A DNA stretch of 64,000 bases from Syntrophorhabdaceae bacterium (GCA_963665295.1 OY762209.1:5248001-5312000), one strand, 5' to 3'. Shown: positions 51,201 through 61,331, counted from the first letter of the stretch. The notes: generated by a model not told the origin, from the sequence alone. Translations and numbers: made by a program.

Positions 51201-51371
51201 AGAAGCATGAAACCCGACGTGAAAGCCCTCTTCATGAGCGGCTATACGAAAGATATCGTCCTCGACAAGGGCGTAGAAGAGGGAAAGGTCGACTTCATCG
51301 CAAAGCCCGTTTCACCCGATGAACTATTGGCAAAGGTGAGAGAGGTAATGGATAGACAGGGTTTGCGGTAA
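48267..51371 (+). CDS. Cytoplasmic multi-PAS hybrid histidine kinase
   Basis: About five PAS/PAC units (DITER linkers), AHDFNN H-box, NLATNARDAM, FFTTK..GTGLGL and a C-terminal receiver domain. Confidence 0.95.
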   Translation: MNKLSKRETELMEENAFLKERIRELERSETERRRMEEELVVSKNRLSRAEIISRCGNWEFDLKSDRVFASEGARSIYGLLDREWTIPEVQKIPLPEYRGMLDEALSRLVNEDRPYNMEFKIRRPDTGEIKDMYAAAEYDRQKNVVFGVIQDVTARTRAEEALHESEQRYRAVFENTGAASLIMDDDTTINLCNAEFERVSGYTRDEIEGKKRWTEFVVPEDLDRMVAQHRLRRETSGQASQRYEFRFVSRTGEIRNMYIVIDIIHGTEKSVGSFIDITERKQAEEALRESERQFKDLSEKSVVGIYLVQDGVLRYVNSKFAQLLGYAIDEMIDKTPVEQIIFPEDWPTVEGNLRKRLSGELESLHYEFRVVRKNGQVRNAEIYSSITTYRGRPAVIGTLLDVTERKEAEQKIIESEQLLSGILAASPIGIGKVQDRNVVWVNETLCRFSGYTQEELQGRHTSRFYESREESERVGGLLYKEGVAEGRVVRKDGEVRNASIWISPTDSHSYIFTINDITREKEAEDALRKSEERYRNLFETVIDGVFIVNGRGRFLEVNKSACLQLGYSREELLQLSLSDTSTITKSALLKFRKEIKAERPLSFETSHRRKDGTILPVELVVTRVQHEGQRAFLGVARDITERERGERERNKLQEQLRQAQKMEAIGTLAGGVAHDFNNILTVITGYGSLLKMAIDGAEPLKAYVDQILSSSQKAVNLTRSLLAFSRKQPITLVPTSINGCIRGTEKLLKRLLTEDIDFSISLSPVDIIIMADATQIDQILINLATNARDAMKKGGKLTIETKAFEIDYGFSVFHDLGEPGRYALLSISDTGHGMDGPTREKVFDPFFTTKEPGKGTGLGLATAYGIVKQHNGYIDVISDPGRGTTFSVYLPAVEAAGEDRSVLSDAIKGGNETVLVAEDDASVRRLLKKILAGHGYTVLDAVDGQDAIDTFQKHKGIDLIILDSVMPRKNGRETYDAIRSMKPDVKALFMSGYTKDIVLDKGVEEGKVDFIAKPVSPDELLAKVREVMDRQGLR

Positions 51372-51458
51372 TACGGGATTGACATTTCTGTATACGAGAG
51401 ATAGTCTTTTCCGGACTCTAATCCATCCCAACGCTGCGTATGATTACGGGGAAGCCTG

Positions 51459-53978
51459 ATGAACGACATGAGAACGAAGTCGGTTCTGATCGAAGAGATA
51501 TCCACCTTAAGAAAGAGAAATCAGGAATTGGAGCGATCGGAAACCGCTCGCAAACAGGCGGAGGAGGAACTTGTCGCCATCAGAGACCGCCTGTCAAGGG
51601 CTGAGATCATCTGCCGCTCCGGCAATTGGGAGCTCGACCTTGCGTCGAAGAGGGTCTTTGTGTCGGAAGGGTCCCGAAACCTGTTGGGACTCCTCCATGG
51701 AGAGTGGACGATTGAGGAGGCACAAAAACTTCCTCTTCCCGAGTACAGGGATATGCTCTACGGGGCCTTTCGGGGACTGATCAACGGGAATCAGCCTTGC
51801 AAGGTGGAGTTTAAAATAAAACGCCCCGATACCGGGGAGATCATCGATATCTACTCCGTCGCGAAGCATGACAGCGGAAGGAACGTGGTTTTCGGGGTGA
51901 TGCAGGACATCACCGAGCGCAAGCGTTACGAGGATGCCCTTCGGGAAAGCGAAGACCGGTTCCGCTCAATAGCCAGTTACACCTACGACTGCGAAAGCTG
52001 GATAGACGAGAACGGCAAGCCTGTCTGGATCAATCAGGCAATATTCAGGCTCAGCGGATACACGGTCGACGAGTGCATGGCCATGCATGACTTCCCCCTG
52101 TCCCTCATTGACGATAATGACAGGAATAGATTGGCCCGGCTTATCACAAGCGCGACACGGGGTTCGAGCGGTAACGACGTGGAGTTTCGTGTTCGGCGCA
52201 AAGATGGCAGCCTGAGATGGGCCGCTATTTCCTGGCAGCCCATCTATGACGGCAATGGGTCCAACCGGGGACACAGGTCCACTGTCCGCGATATCACCCG
52301 ACGGAAGCAGATGGAAGACGAGCTTCGTCGCAGTCATGAAAAACTGGAACTCCGGGTCCGGGAGAGAACCGCCGAACTGCAGAATGCATACAACACCGTC
52401 GAAAAAAACGAGAGGTTATACAGAAATCTCTTTGAGAACGCTTCTATCGGCATGTTCCAATCGCGCCTCGACGGCAGCGGGTTCCTGCGCATCAATAAAT
52501 CATATGCAACCATGCTTGGGTATGAATCACCTGAAGAGGTGATGTCGGCCATCACCGACACGGAAACACAGATCCATACCGATCCGCAAAACCGTCATGA
52601 CGCCATTGCCGCCCTGGAGCGAGGTGACTGGTACTATGCCGAACAGCCCTATTTCCGCAAAGACGGTTCCATCATGATAGGGAAACTGGCAGTCCGTAAC
52701 GTCCTGAACCCGGATGGCACACCCGCGTATCGTGAAGGAATTGTAGAGGATATTACTGAAAGTAAGGAAGCTGAGAGGGTGCTGCGGGAAAGGGAGAAGC
52801 AGTACCGCGACCTCATTGAAAATGCCCCCTTTCCCATAGTAATCAGCGACCCCGAGGATAGCAGTATTGAATATATCAACCAGAGGGCGTCTGAATTATT
52901 CAGAATATCGTCACAGGACGCAGTCGGCAGACCGGTTGCCTATTATTACGACAACCCCTTGGGAAGGGAACTGCTGGTACAACAACTTCAGAAAACCGAC
53001 TCCGTGAAGGACTACCAGGTAGGCCTCAAGAACGAAAAGGGAGAACGGATATGGGTGCTGATCTCGGCCAACAGGGCCCGTTACAATAATAAGAACGCGA
53101 TTTTTGTATCCCTGAACGACATCACAAAGCGCAAACTTGCCCTTGACAGCCTTCATGAGAGTGAAATCAAATACCGGACGCTCTTCGACCATGCAAATTT
53201 TGCAATACTCATCGTAAAAGACAAAGTGTGCGTGGATTGCAACAAGGCGGCGTCCGCCGTATTCGGCTGCTCAAGGGAAGAAATCATCGGACAGGCCCTT
53301 TCCAGGTTCTATCCGTCCCCTCAGCCGGATGGACGGGGTTCAGCCGGCTGGGAACAAGAGGGAGTCGATCCGGCGCTCACGGGGGAGCCGCAGTTTTATG
53401 AGGCAAAGCTATGCAGGTATGACGGGACTTTGTTCGATGCCGAGATAGGCCGGAAAGGGATTGAACTGGACAGAGAACATCTGGTGCAGGTCATCGTCCA
53501 GGACATTACCCATCGGAAGGAAACGGAGAGGGAGCTCGAAAGAAAGTCCCTCAGCCTTGAAGAAATGAATATTGCCCTGAAGGTATTATTGGAGCAGAGA
53601 GGAAGGGACCGGGATGAACTGGAAGGGAGAATACTGCACAACGTGAGCCAGTTGGTCCTGCCCTACATAGACATACTGAAACAGAGGCGTCTGGGCGAAG
53701 AACACGCAGTCTATCTGGACGTCCTTGAGGCAAATTTGAAAAATATCGTGTCCCCTTTCATCCAGAAGATGACCTCCGTCTATGAAAACTTCACCTACAC
53801 GGAGATCAAGGTGGCAAATCTCATAAAAGACGGAAAAACAATTAAGGAGATTGCGAAAATATTCGGCGTGTCAGAGGCTGCCGTCCATTCACACAGGCAA
53901 CACATAAGAAACAAGCTCGGGATAGCCAATCAGAAAACCAACCTGAAGACGCACCTCATATCTCTTGCGACGCGATGA
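51459..53978 (+). CDS. Multi-PAS LuxR-family transcriptional regulator
   Basis: PAS repeats, coiled coil LEEMNIALKVLL and C-terminal HTH TYTEIKVANLIKDGKTIKEIA...HRQHIRNKLG. Confidence 0.92.
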   Translation: MNDMRTKSVLIEEISTLRKRNQELERSETARKQAEEELVAIRDRLSRAEIICRSGNWELDLASKRVFVSEGSRNLLGLLHGEWTIEEAQKLPLPEYRDMLYGAFRGLINGNQPCKVEFKIKRPDTGEIIDIYSVAKHDSGRNVVFGVMQDITERKRYEDALRESEDRFRSIASYTYDCESWIDENGKPVWINQAIFRLSGYTVDECMAMHDFPLSLIDDNDRNRLARLITSATRGSSGNDVEFRVRRKDGSLRWAAISWQPIYDGNGSNRGHRSTVRDITRRKQMEDELRRSHEKLELRVRERTAELQNAYNTVEKNERLYRNLFENASIGMFQSRLDGSGFLRINKSYATMLGYESPEEVMSAITDTETQIHTDPQNRHDAIAALERGDWYYAEQPYFRKDGSIMIGKLAVRNVLNPDGTPAYREGIVEDITESKEAERVLREREKQYRDLIENAPFPIVISDPEDSSIEYINQRASELFRISSQDAVGRPVAYYYDNPLGRELLVQQLQKTDSVKDYQVGLKNEKGERIWVLISANRARYNNKNAIFVSLNDITKRKLALDSLHESEIKYRTLFDHANFAILIVKDKVCVDCNKAASAVFGCSREEIIGQALSRFYPSPQPDGRGSAGWEQEGVDPALTGEPQFYEAKLCRYDGTLFDAEIGRKGIELDREHLVQVIVQDITHRKETERELERKSLSLEEMNIALKVLLEQRGRDRDELEGRILHNVSQLVLPYIDILKQRRLGEEHAVYLDVLEANLKNIVSPFIQKMTSVYENFTYTEIKVANLIKDGKTIKEIAKIFGVSEAAVHSHRQHIRNKLGIANQKTNLKTHLISLATR

Positions 53979-54201
53979 CGGCAGCGATTCATCATGGCCC
54001 CGTCGCCTGTCCCCGGAACATAGACCCGTATGTTGGGTTCCGCCCTTCACCGTAAAAGGCATTGCGAGGCAGGAAATATAAAAGAAGGGACTCGGCGCGC
54101 ATCGCCCCGGTTTCCCGCCTTCCGGAATCAAGGTTATCTTCGTGATGTGGGCTCCGAGGGGGTCTTAAAAGCACCTTAGCCCTATCCTGTCCATACTGTT
54201 A

Positions 54202-54280
54202 TGATGGTAATCTACCATCACTTATACATCATTCAACTATCATTTATTTGCGGGCTACTTGTGGTAATAACTACCTATCA
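54202..54280. promoter_or_regulatory. Candidate operator: palindrome TGATGGTA-ATC-TACCATCA plus a degenerate second copy
   Basis: Perfect 8-bp arms at 54202-54220; related TGGTAATAACTACCTATCA at 54262-54280 in an AT-rich promoter region. Confidence 0.55.
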
Positions 54281-54424
54281 TGCTCGAAGAAGGAAAACCG
54301 GGACGGTTATCCATCCTTGACGCACGACGGAACAACAGAATACCTGGATCGGGAGGTGAAGGCGCGATTGATTGTCGAGAGGGTTGGGATCTCAGCAGGT
54401 TAGTTACTCACGAAGGAAAGGAGG

Positions 54425-55705
54425 ATGACAAGAATGGCTTTTGACAGATTATTCGAACCGATAAGAATTGGGTCAACGGAGCTTAAGAATCGATATGCCA
54501 TGGCCCCGTGCAATTTTCTGTTCACTGATTGGACGGGAATGATCACCGAGGAGGACATCGCATACTATGTAGCAAGGGCAAAAGGCGGATCCAGCGTGTG
54601 TATTGTCGGTGCGATCCTGGTCACCGAACTGGGCAAAAAGGTTGCAAATATCCCATGGCCTTATCTGACGGGGATTGAACATGTACCCGGTATGGCGCAC
54701 CTGGCCGAAAGTATTCATGTAGCCGGATCAAAGGCCATCATGCAGATATTACCCGCCTGCGGCAGCAGGGGCAACCCCATGCGCGATGACGTGCAGCCTA
54801 TCGCGCCATCCGAAGGCATCGAGTACGTCTTTTCTACCGATCAATCGCACGGTCAGGCGGAAGGGATCCTCAAGAACCGTATGACCGGCCGCTGGTTGAA
54901 AGAAAAGTATTTGTCCCATCCCAAACCCCGGGAAATCACCGTCGGGGAAATGGAACAACTGATCAAAGAAGCCGCCCGGAATGCCAAGTTGGCGGTCCTT
55001 GCCGGGTTTGATGGAGTCGAGATGCATCTCTGCCATCATTACATACTGGACCAGTTCCGCGATCCGCGGTTCAACAAAAGGACGGACAAATATGGTGGAA
55101 GCCTGGAGAACAGGAATCGGTTCATCATTGAATACGCTGACGCCGTCATTCGATCATTAAGGGAAGAAAGGCCGGACTTTACCATCGGAGTACGAGTGGG
55201 GAGCGAGTGCGGCGAAACCGGGGGATATACCCTCGATGATACCTTGGTCCTGGCGGCGCAACTCCAGGAAATGGGTATAGATTACTGGCACACCACAATA
55301 GGTTTTCCGCCTATACCCGATGCGAAGATGGACAGCAAAAAGGATGGCGGCTACCTCGCGTGGTCGAGAGAACTTAAGAAGGTCCTGAAAGTTCCCGTGT
55401 TCACACCCAGCGTTCATTCGCCCGAACTCGCGGAGGAGGCTATCGCCAAGGGATGGACGGACGTGATAGGGCTGGGCAGACCGCTTGTCGCTGATCCGGA
55501 TATTCCCCGCAAGGTTCAGGAAAACAGGGTGGCGGACATCAACAAGTGTAAAAAGGACAATCTTTGCTGGGTGGGATTTGACCTTTGCCTGCCCGGGAGA
55601 TGTTCCGCAAACCCGGAACTGGGGAGAGAGAAGTACAACCCGAAATACATATTGACGGAAGGGTTCAAAGGAGCGGCAATGTTGCCCTATGTTTGTCGAA
55701 AATAA
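54425..55705 (+). CDS. NADH:flavin oxidoreductase (old yellow enzyme family) with a C-terminal Cys cluster
   Basis: LKNR..MAP, RAKGG, GFDGVEMH.CH.Y, N.RTD.YGGS.ENR, LGRPL.ADP and C..D..C...C..NP motifs. Confidence 0.9.
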   Translation: MTRMAFDRLFEPIRIGSTELKNRYAMAPCNFLFTDWTGMITEEDIAYYVARAKGGSSVCIVGAILVTELGKKVANIPWPYLTGIEHVPGMAHLAESIHVAGSKAIMQILPACGSRGNPMRDDVQPIAPSEGIEYVFSTDQSHGQAEGILKNRMTGRWLKEKYLSHPKPREITVGEMEQLIKEAARNAKLAVLAGFDGVEMHLCHHYILDQFRDPRFNKRTDKYGGSLENRNRFIIEYADAVIRSLREERPDFTIGVRVGSECGETGGYTLDDTLVLAAQLQEMGIDYWHTTIGFPPIPDAKMDSKKDGGYLAWSRELKKVLKVPVFTPSVHSPELAEEAIAKGWTDVIGLGRPLVADPDIPRKVQENRVADINKCKKDNLCWVGFDLCLPGRCSANPELGREKYNPKYILTEGFKGAAMLPYVCRK

Positions 55706-55855
55706 GGGGAGACGGGAATCGTGCGACGAATCACTAACTAAGGGGTTAGTAATATCATGGGTCGGATAATTGTGCGGGTTGTTGAGTGATCATCCAGGTT
55801 GCAGGAAAAGAAGGTGGGGATATGAGATGGCAAAAAAGCTTAAGGAGGCCGGAAC

Positions 55856-57919
55856 ATGTATAAAGTCTGTGTTGATATAGGCGGCACCTTTACGGATTGT
55901 GTAGTGTCGGATGAACAGGGAAACCTTCGTCAGTTCAAAGCGCCGAGTACTCCGAAACATTTTGAGCAGGGTGTGTTCGACGCGATGGGAGAGGCTGCCG
56001 CAGGTTACGGCCTGACACCCGGAGAATTTGTGAGCCACGTTGAATTGCTGGTCCATGGTTGCACTGTGGCCACGAATGCCGTGGTTACCAGGAATTTGGC
56101 GAAGACGGCAATGATTACCACGAAGGGCTTCAGAGATATCATTGAGATGCGGCGTGCGAACAAGATTGAGACAAAATCCATGTACGAAGCCCTTATTCCT
56201 CCCTACGACCCGATAGTGCCCCGCTACCTGAGGTTCGTAATGGAAGAGGAAACGCGCTATGACGGCACGATCACCAAACCGGTCAACAGGGGAGAATTAA
56301 AGGTTATCATTGAAAAATTGAAGAAAGAGAAAGTAGAGGCGGTGGCTATATGTTTTATCAACTCCTACGCCAATCCGGAGAATGAAAGGACGACCGCCGA
56401 GCTTTGCCGGGAATTCCTGGGCGACGATGTGTTCGTTACCTACTCCGCCGATATACTTCCCACCATGGGCGAGTATGAGAGAGCAAGCACCGCCGTTGTG
56501 AGCGCGTGCGTCGGCCCTGTCGTATCGAGATATACGACCGATCTCGAAAAAGGCCTGAAGGCGTCCGGTTTCGCAGGTCAACTGCTCATCATCCAGGCAA
56601 ACCAGCTTGCACAGTCCGTGACCGCGTTGAAACGAAAACCGGTCTATCTGATCGGCTCCGGCCCGTCCGCCGCACCGGCAGGCGGTGTCTTCCTGGGGAG
56701 CGTCCTGGGGGAATCGAACTATCTCGCGGGAGACATGGGTGGAACCACCTTCGATGGAAGCCTGATCCATAAAGGCGAGGTCGCCCTCACGGCGGGCTAT
56801 TGGCTCGGGGAGGAGAGGGTCGGCATCAAGGCGGTCGATGTGGTAAGCATAGGCGCCGGGGGCGGAAGCATCGGCTGGATCAATTCACTCGGCTTGCTGC
56901 AGGTTGGTCCGCAAAGCGCCGGAGCCGACCCGGGGCCATGCTGCTATAACAGGGGAGGGACCGAGCCTACTGTGAGCGATGCCGCGGTGGTTCTGGGGTA
57001 TATTCCCGCCGACGAATTCTGGGGAGGAAAAATGAAGCTCGATGTGGGTTCGGCGCGAGCGGCGGTAAAGAAGGTAGCCGACCCCTTGGGCATGTCCATA
57101 GAGGAGGCATCACAGGCCATTCTGACTACGGTCAATGCGAATATGGCAGATGGTATCACGGAGATATCAACGAAAAAAGGTTATGACGTGAGGGACTTCA
57201 GCCTGTTGGCGATCGGCGGGGCAACCCCTTTGTGCGCAGCGTCTATCGCAGATCTACTGAACGTAAAAAAGGTCACCATCCCCGAATTCGCCCCTACTTT
57301 CAGCGCCTGGAGCATGTTCTGCCTGGATATCGGGCGAGACTACGTGAGGTCCTATATCTGCCCGTCGGAAAGGGCTGATCCAGGGGACATCAATCGTCTT
57401 TTCGACGATATGGTGCGGGAAGCCTTGAAGGAGTTCGAGGCATTGAACATATCAAAGGACGAATTGATACTCAGTAAGTCTGTGGATGTCCGCTATATGG
57501 GACAGTACCATGAAGTGGAGATGAGCCTGTCCGAGGGGGACATAACCCGTCGGGACATCGCGAAAGCCACGGAGGAGTTCCATAAGAAACACAAGGAACT
57601 CTACACTTTCTCCCTGCAGTGGGTGCCTGTTGAATTCCGTAATTTGAGATTAATAGGTAAATCCAGAGGACAAAGAACAAAGGTGGCGCGCATAGAGGCG
57701 GGAACAGCAGATGCTTCGGAAGCAATGAAGCCGAAGAGGCAATGTTACTTTGGCGGCAGTTACAAAGAGACAAGTATCTATGATGGCGCCAGATTCAAGG
57801 CGGGAAACACGATCTCCGGATTTTCCATTATAGAGACCCCCTTGACTACTGTGGTGGTGCCCGAAGGATGGCAATGCACTATCGATGATTATGGCAATCA
57901 TATCATGAGGAGGATATAA
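55856..57919 (+). CDS. Hydantoinase/oxoprolinase family subunit A (ATP-binding)
   Basis: DIGGTFTD, HG.TVATN, EYER, SGP, DMGGT and IGAGGGS..VGP.SAGA.PGP motifs. Confidence 0.93.
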   Translation: MYKVCVDIGGTFTDCVVSDEQGNLRQFKAPSTPKHFEQGVFDAMGEAAAGYGLTPGEFVSHVELLVHGCTVATNAVVTRNLAKTAMITTKGFRDIIEMRRANKIETKSMYEALIPPYDPIVPRYLRFVMEEETRYDGTITKPVNRGELKVIIEKLKKEKVEAVAICFINSYANPENERTTAELCREFLGDDVFVTYSADILPTMGEYERASTAVVSACVGPVVSRYTTDLEKGLKASGFAGQLLIIQANQLAQSVTALKRKPVYLIGSGPSAAPAGGVFLGSVLGESNYLAGDMGGTTFDGSLIHKGEVALTAGYWLGEERVGIKAVDVVSIGAGGGSIGWINSLGLLQVGPQSAGADPGPCCYNRGGTEPTVSDAAVVLGYIPADEFWGGKMKLDVGSARAAVKKVADPLGMSIEEASQAILTTVNANMADGITEISTKKGYDVRDFSLLAIGGATPLCAASIADLLNVKKVTIPEFAPTFSAWSMFCLDIGRDYVRSYICPSERADPGDINRLFDDMVREALKEFEALNISKDELILSKSVDVRYMGQYHEVEMSLSEGDITRRDIAKATEEFHKKHKELYTFSLQWVPVEFRNLRLIGKSRGQRTKVARIEAGTADASEAMKPKRQCYFGGSYKETSIYDGARFKAGNTISGFSIIETPLTTVVVPEGWQCTIDDYGNHIMRRI

Positions 57920-57921
57920 CC

Positions 57922-59685
57922 ATGGTACAGACTGATCCGATCACCATAGCGACAACGTGGCATGCCTTGCAGAGAATCTGCAGGGAGATGCGTCAGCATA
58001 TCGAAAGAACGGCAACCAATGTACTGGCGTGTACCCTTCACGATCTGGCCTACGGGATATGGGACGCCGAAGGTCAAGCCATAGCCATCCCCGAGGGTTT
58101 TCCCTGCCGGCTGGTGTCAAGTTCCTTTCAAATAAAGGCAGTCCGGAAGCGGTTCCAAGAGCGGATTTTCCCGGGCGACGTGTTCCTGACCAACAGTCCC
58201 TTTCAGGCCGGAGCCGTCCACCTTCCGGATTGGGTATTCGTCAGGCCCATATTCTTCGAAGATGAACTCGTTTTTTGGACCTGCATGGGCACCCACGTCC
58301 CGGATAACGGCGGCGCTTTGCCCGGGGCCTATTTCCTGGCTTTCGATTCTATTGCCGAGGGCCTCAATATCCCGCCGGTAAAAGTGATGGAACGAGGCGA
58401 ACTGAAGGACGATGTCGTCGATTTGATCCTTGCCAACAATCGTTTGCCCGACATGATGCGCCGGGAGATGCGCTCTCTTGTCGGCAGTACGACATTAGCC
58501 GAGCAGAGAACGATCGATTTACTCAAGAGGTACGGCAAGGAGACGGTATTGGCCTGTGTGGAGGAGATGATCAACCGCACGGAAAGAGCAGTGCGGGCGG
58601 AAATCGCAAAGTGGCCCGACGGCACGTATTACGCGGAAGCGCAGACGGATGACGATGGCGCCCAAATGGGAACCCCCGTCACCATCCGGTGCGCGTTGAC
58701 CATCAAAGGTGACGAGGCGATCTTCGACTTTTCAGAAAGCGACGAACAGGTGAGAGGCTATGCCAATGAGGGCTATTCCGTTACCATGAGCGAGGCCATG
58801 GCCGCCGCCTTCCTGTTCTTCGGCTCCGGATTGGCCGCCTATCATAACGAAGGAAGCCTGCGGCCTATCCATATAGTCGCGAAGGAGGGTACCGTCACCA
58901 ATTGTAAACCGGGAAGCCTTGTGGCGGCCGCACCTTCTCTTATCGGCAATAAGGTCATGGAGTGCGTCTTCGCGACGCTGTCACAGGCCCTCCCGCATCA
59001 AGCCCTTGCAGCCCATCCCGGGCCCGTCGAGCTTATGTTCATCGGCCCGGACACAAGAACAGGGCAACTATACGTATATATCTCATTCTGTCCCGATGCC
59101 GGCGCCGGGGCGACCTACGGGAACGACGGCTATCAGTCTTTCGCGTGTGGGGGCTCTCTCGGAGTTGTCGCGAAAGCCGACGCGGAGGAAGAGATGGTGA
59201 GGTTTCCGTGGCGTATCACAAAATACGAGTTCATGACCGATTCACACGGAGCAGGGAAGTGGCGCAGTGCGCCCGGCGTTCATTGGGAAGCGGTAAACGA
59301 AGCGATAGAGTGCCATTCCAACATGGGGCCGTGCGATGGATGGCACACCCGGGGCGCGGGTCAACTGGGAGGGCACCCTACCCTTCTCAACAAGGCCTAC
59401 ATTATCCGGAACGGAGAACAGATTGAGATTAAGGAGCCCCACATTTCCCAGAATTTAAAGGCAGGGGACATCTTTGTCGCCAAAGCGGGTGGCGGCGGCG
59501 GTGTGGGACGGCCGGAAGAGAGAGACCCTGAAGCGGTGAGGCTGGACGTAAGGAACGGCCTCGTTTCCCTGGAGATGGCGCGGGACGTTTACAGGGTCAG
59601 CATAGACCCCGACACCTTCGAAATCTACGAAAGTGCCACCCAAAAAATGAGGGGAGAGATCCCGGAAGTCGCAATAGCGGGGTAA
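57922..59685 (+). CDS. Hydantoinase B/oxoprolinase family subunit B
   Basis: PGDVFLTN, HLPD, H..D.GG..PG, EGL.IPP, S.GAGKWR and GGGGG.G.P.ERD motifs. Confidence 0.93.
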   Translation: MVQTDPITIATTWHALQRICREMRQHIERTATNVLACTLHDLAYGIWDAEGQAIAIPEGFPCRLVSSSFQIKAVRKRFQERIFPGDVFLTNSPFQAGAVHLPDWVFVRPIFFEDELVFWTCMGTHVPDNGGALPGAYFLAFDSIAEGLNIPPVKVMERGELKDDVVDLILANNRLPDMMRREMRSLVGSTTLAEQRTIDLLKRYGKETVLACVEEMINRTERAVRAEIAKWPDGTYYAEAQTDDDGAQMGTPVTIRCALTIKGDEAIFDFSESDEQVRGYANEGYSVTMSEAMAAAFLFFGSGLAAYHNEGSLRPIHIVAKEGTVTNCKPGSLVAAAPSLIGNKVMECVFATLSQALPHQALAAHPGPVELMFIGPDTRTGQLYVYISFCPDAGAGATYGNDGYQSFACGGSLGVVAKADAEEEMVRFPWRITKYEFMTDSHGAGKWRSAPGVHWEAVNEAIECHSNMGPCDGWHTRGAGQLGGHPTLLNKAYIIRNGEQIEIKEPHISQNLKAGDIFVAKAGGGGGVGRPEERDPEAVRLDVRNGLVSLEMARDVYRVSIDPDTFEIYESATQKMRGEIPEVAIAG

Positions 59686-59739
59686 ACGACATTTAGATCG
59701 GATTTGACAACCGCCAGAATAGAACCGGAACAGGTCATT

Positions 59740-59776
59740 CGATCCGCCCCCTCTCCTCTTGCGAGGGGGCGGATCG
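59740..59776. repeat. GC-rich 14-bp-stem hairpin within the catabolic cluster
   Basis: CGATCCGCCCCCTC-N9-GAGGGGGCGGATCG with no U tail. Confidence 0.6.
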
Positions 59777-60007
59777 GAGGGCACGCGATATGTTGTCCGG
59801 CTCTGGTGATTACTACCTGGTTAGTCATATCGTACGAGGAGGGAAGGCGGTGTTCCGGTCGGCCTTTCCGGTATGGACGCAACGTGGAGACCATGGAAGG
59901 CCTCACCTCTCAGGACTTCCCGGTACCGCGGAAGGTGGGTAGAAGGATATACGAACCTTCATCAAAAAGAAGAAAGCGGCATTCAATAAAGATATAAGGA
60001 GGAGCAC

Positions 60008-61183
60008 ATGAAAGAGATTGTGATAGTAGGGGCAACGCGGACGCCTATCGGCGAGTTCGGCGGGTCTTTAAGAGGTGTACCGGCGGTTTCCCTGGGTGTA
60101 ACCGCTATCAATTCCGTTGTCGAACGTGCCGGTATCGAAAAGAACATGGTAGACCAGGTAATCATGGGGAACTGCTTCGAGCCTTTGGACATGAATGTTG
60201 CCCGTATTGCGGCGATAAAAGCAGGTCTGCCCATCGAGACCACGGGGTTCCATATTGTGGCCACCTGTGGGTCGGGTATGCAGGCGATTATGTGCGGCGT
60301 TCAGGCAATCCGGGACGGAGACGCCGATATCGTGATTGCAGGAGGTGCGGAGAGCATGAGCAGTGCGCCTTACGTACTTACCTCCGCGCGATGGGGTCAG
60401 AGACTCCAGCATGCGCCGGACATAGACATGCTCTGGCGTTGCATGCAGCAGTATCCCATAGGAGACGGCATGGGCATGACTGCCGAGAACCTGGCGGTGA
60501 AATACGACATTCCAAGGGAGGAGCAGGACGCCTTCGCCTTGAGAAGCCAGCAGTCAGCTTCAATGGCAGTCAAGGAGGGAAAATTCAGGGAAGAGATCAC
60601 CCCTGTCGTGATGCCGGGAAAGAAAGGAGACACCAAAGTCTTTGATACGGATGAATATCCGAAACCGGACGCAACCCTTGAAGGGCTTGCCAAACTGCCC
60701 GCGGTCTTCAAAAAGGGCGGAACAGTGACCGCAGGCAATGCGTGCGGCATGAACGATGCAGCAGCGCTCGTAGTGTTGACAAGCAAGGAAAAGGCGAAGG
60801 AGTTGGGCCTCAAGCCCCTGGCAAAGGTTTTAAGCTACGCAGTAGCCGGCGTTGATCCTTCACATATGGGTATAGGGCCTGTGCCCGCGACGAAGAGGGC
60901 CCTCAAAAAAGCGGGCCTCTCCCTCAACGACATTGACCTGGTGGAGATCAACGAGGCCTTTGCAGCCCAGTATCTCGCGTGCGAAAGAGAGCTTGGATGG
61001 GACCGCGACATTGTGAATGTCAATGGGAGCGGCATATCCCTCGGCCATCCCGTAGGGGCCACCGGCTGCCGCCTCGTTGTTACCCTTATCCATGAAATGG
61101 CAAAAAGGGACCTGCCCCTGGGTCTCGCCACGCTTTGCGCCGGCGGCGGACAGGGGTTTGCGACAATTGTGGAAAGGATGTAA
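60008..61183 (+). CDS. Thiolase (acetyl-CoA C-acyltransferase)
   Basis: RTPIG, CGSG nucleophile, NEAF, GHP.GATG and CAGGG motifs. Confidence 0.95.
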   Translation: MKEIVIVGATRTPIGEFGGSLRGVPAVSLGVTAINSVVERAGIEKNMVDQVIMGNCFEPLDMNVARIAAIKAGLPIETTGFHIVATCGSGMQAIMCGVQAIRDGDADIVIAGGAESMSSAPYVLTSARWGQRLQHAPDIDMLWRCMQQYPIGDGMGMTAENLAVKYDIPREEQDAFALRSQQSASMAVKEGKFREEITPVVMPGKKGDTKVFDTDEYPKPDATLEGLAKLPAVFKKGGTVTAGNACGMNDAAALVVLTSKEKAKELGLKPLAKVLSYAVAGVDPSHMGIGPVPATKRALKKAGLSLNDIDLVEINEAFAAQYLACERELGWDRDIVNVNGSGISLGHPVGATGCRLVVTLIHEMAKRDLPLGLATLCAGGGQGFATIVERM

Positions 61184-61331
61184 GACTGAACCGGCCTAGC
61201 CCTTCAGTCAAGGAAAATGCGATACTCAGGAAAAAGAGCGGTGATCCGCTGAAACCTTCCCATCAGCGTCACGCGCTCTGTTCCTGGGGCGCCCGCACCG
61301 GGTCTGTAACAGTTCACCTTAATTTACCTGA

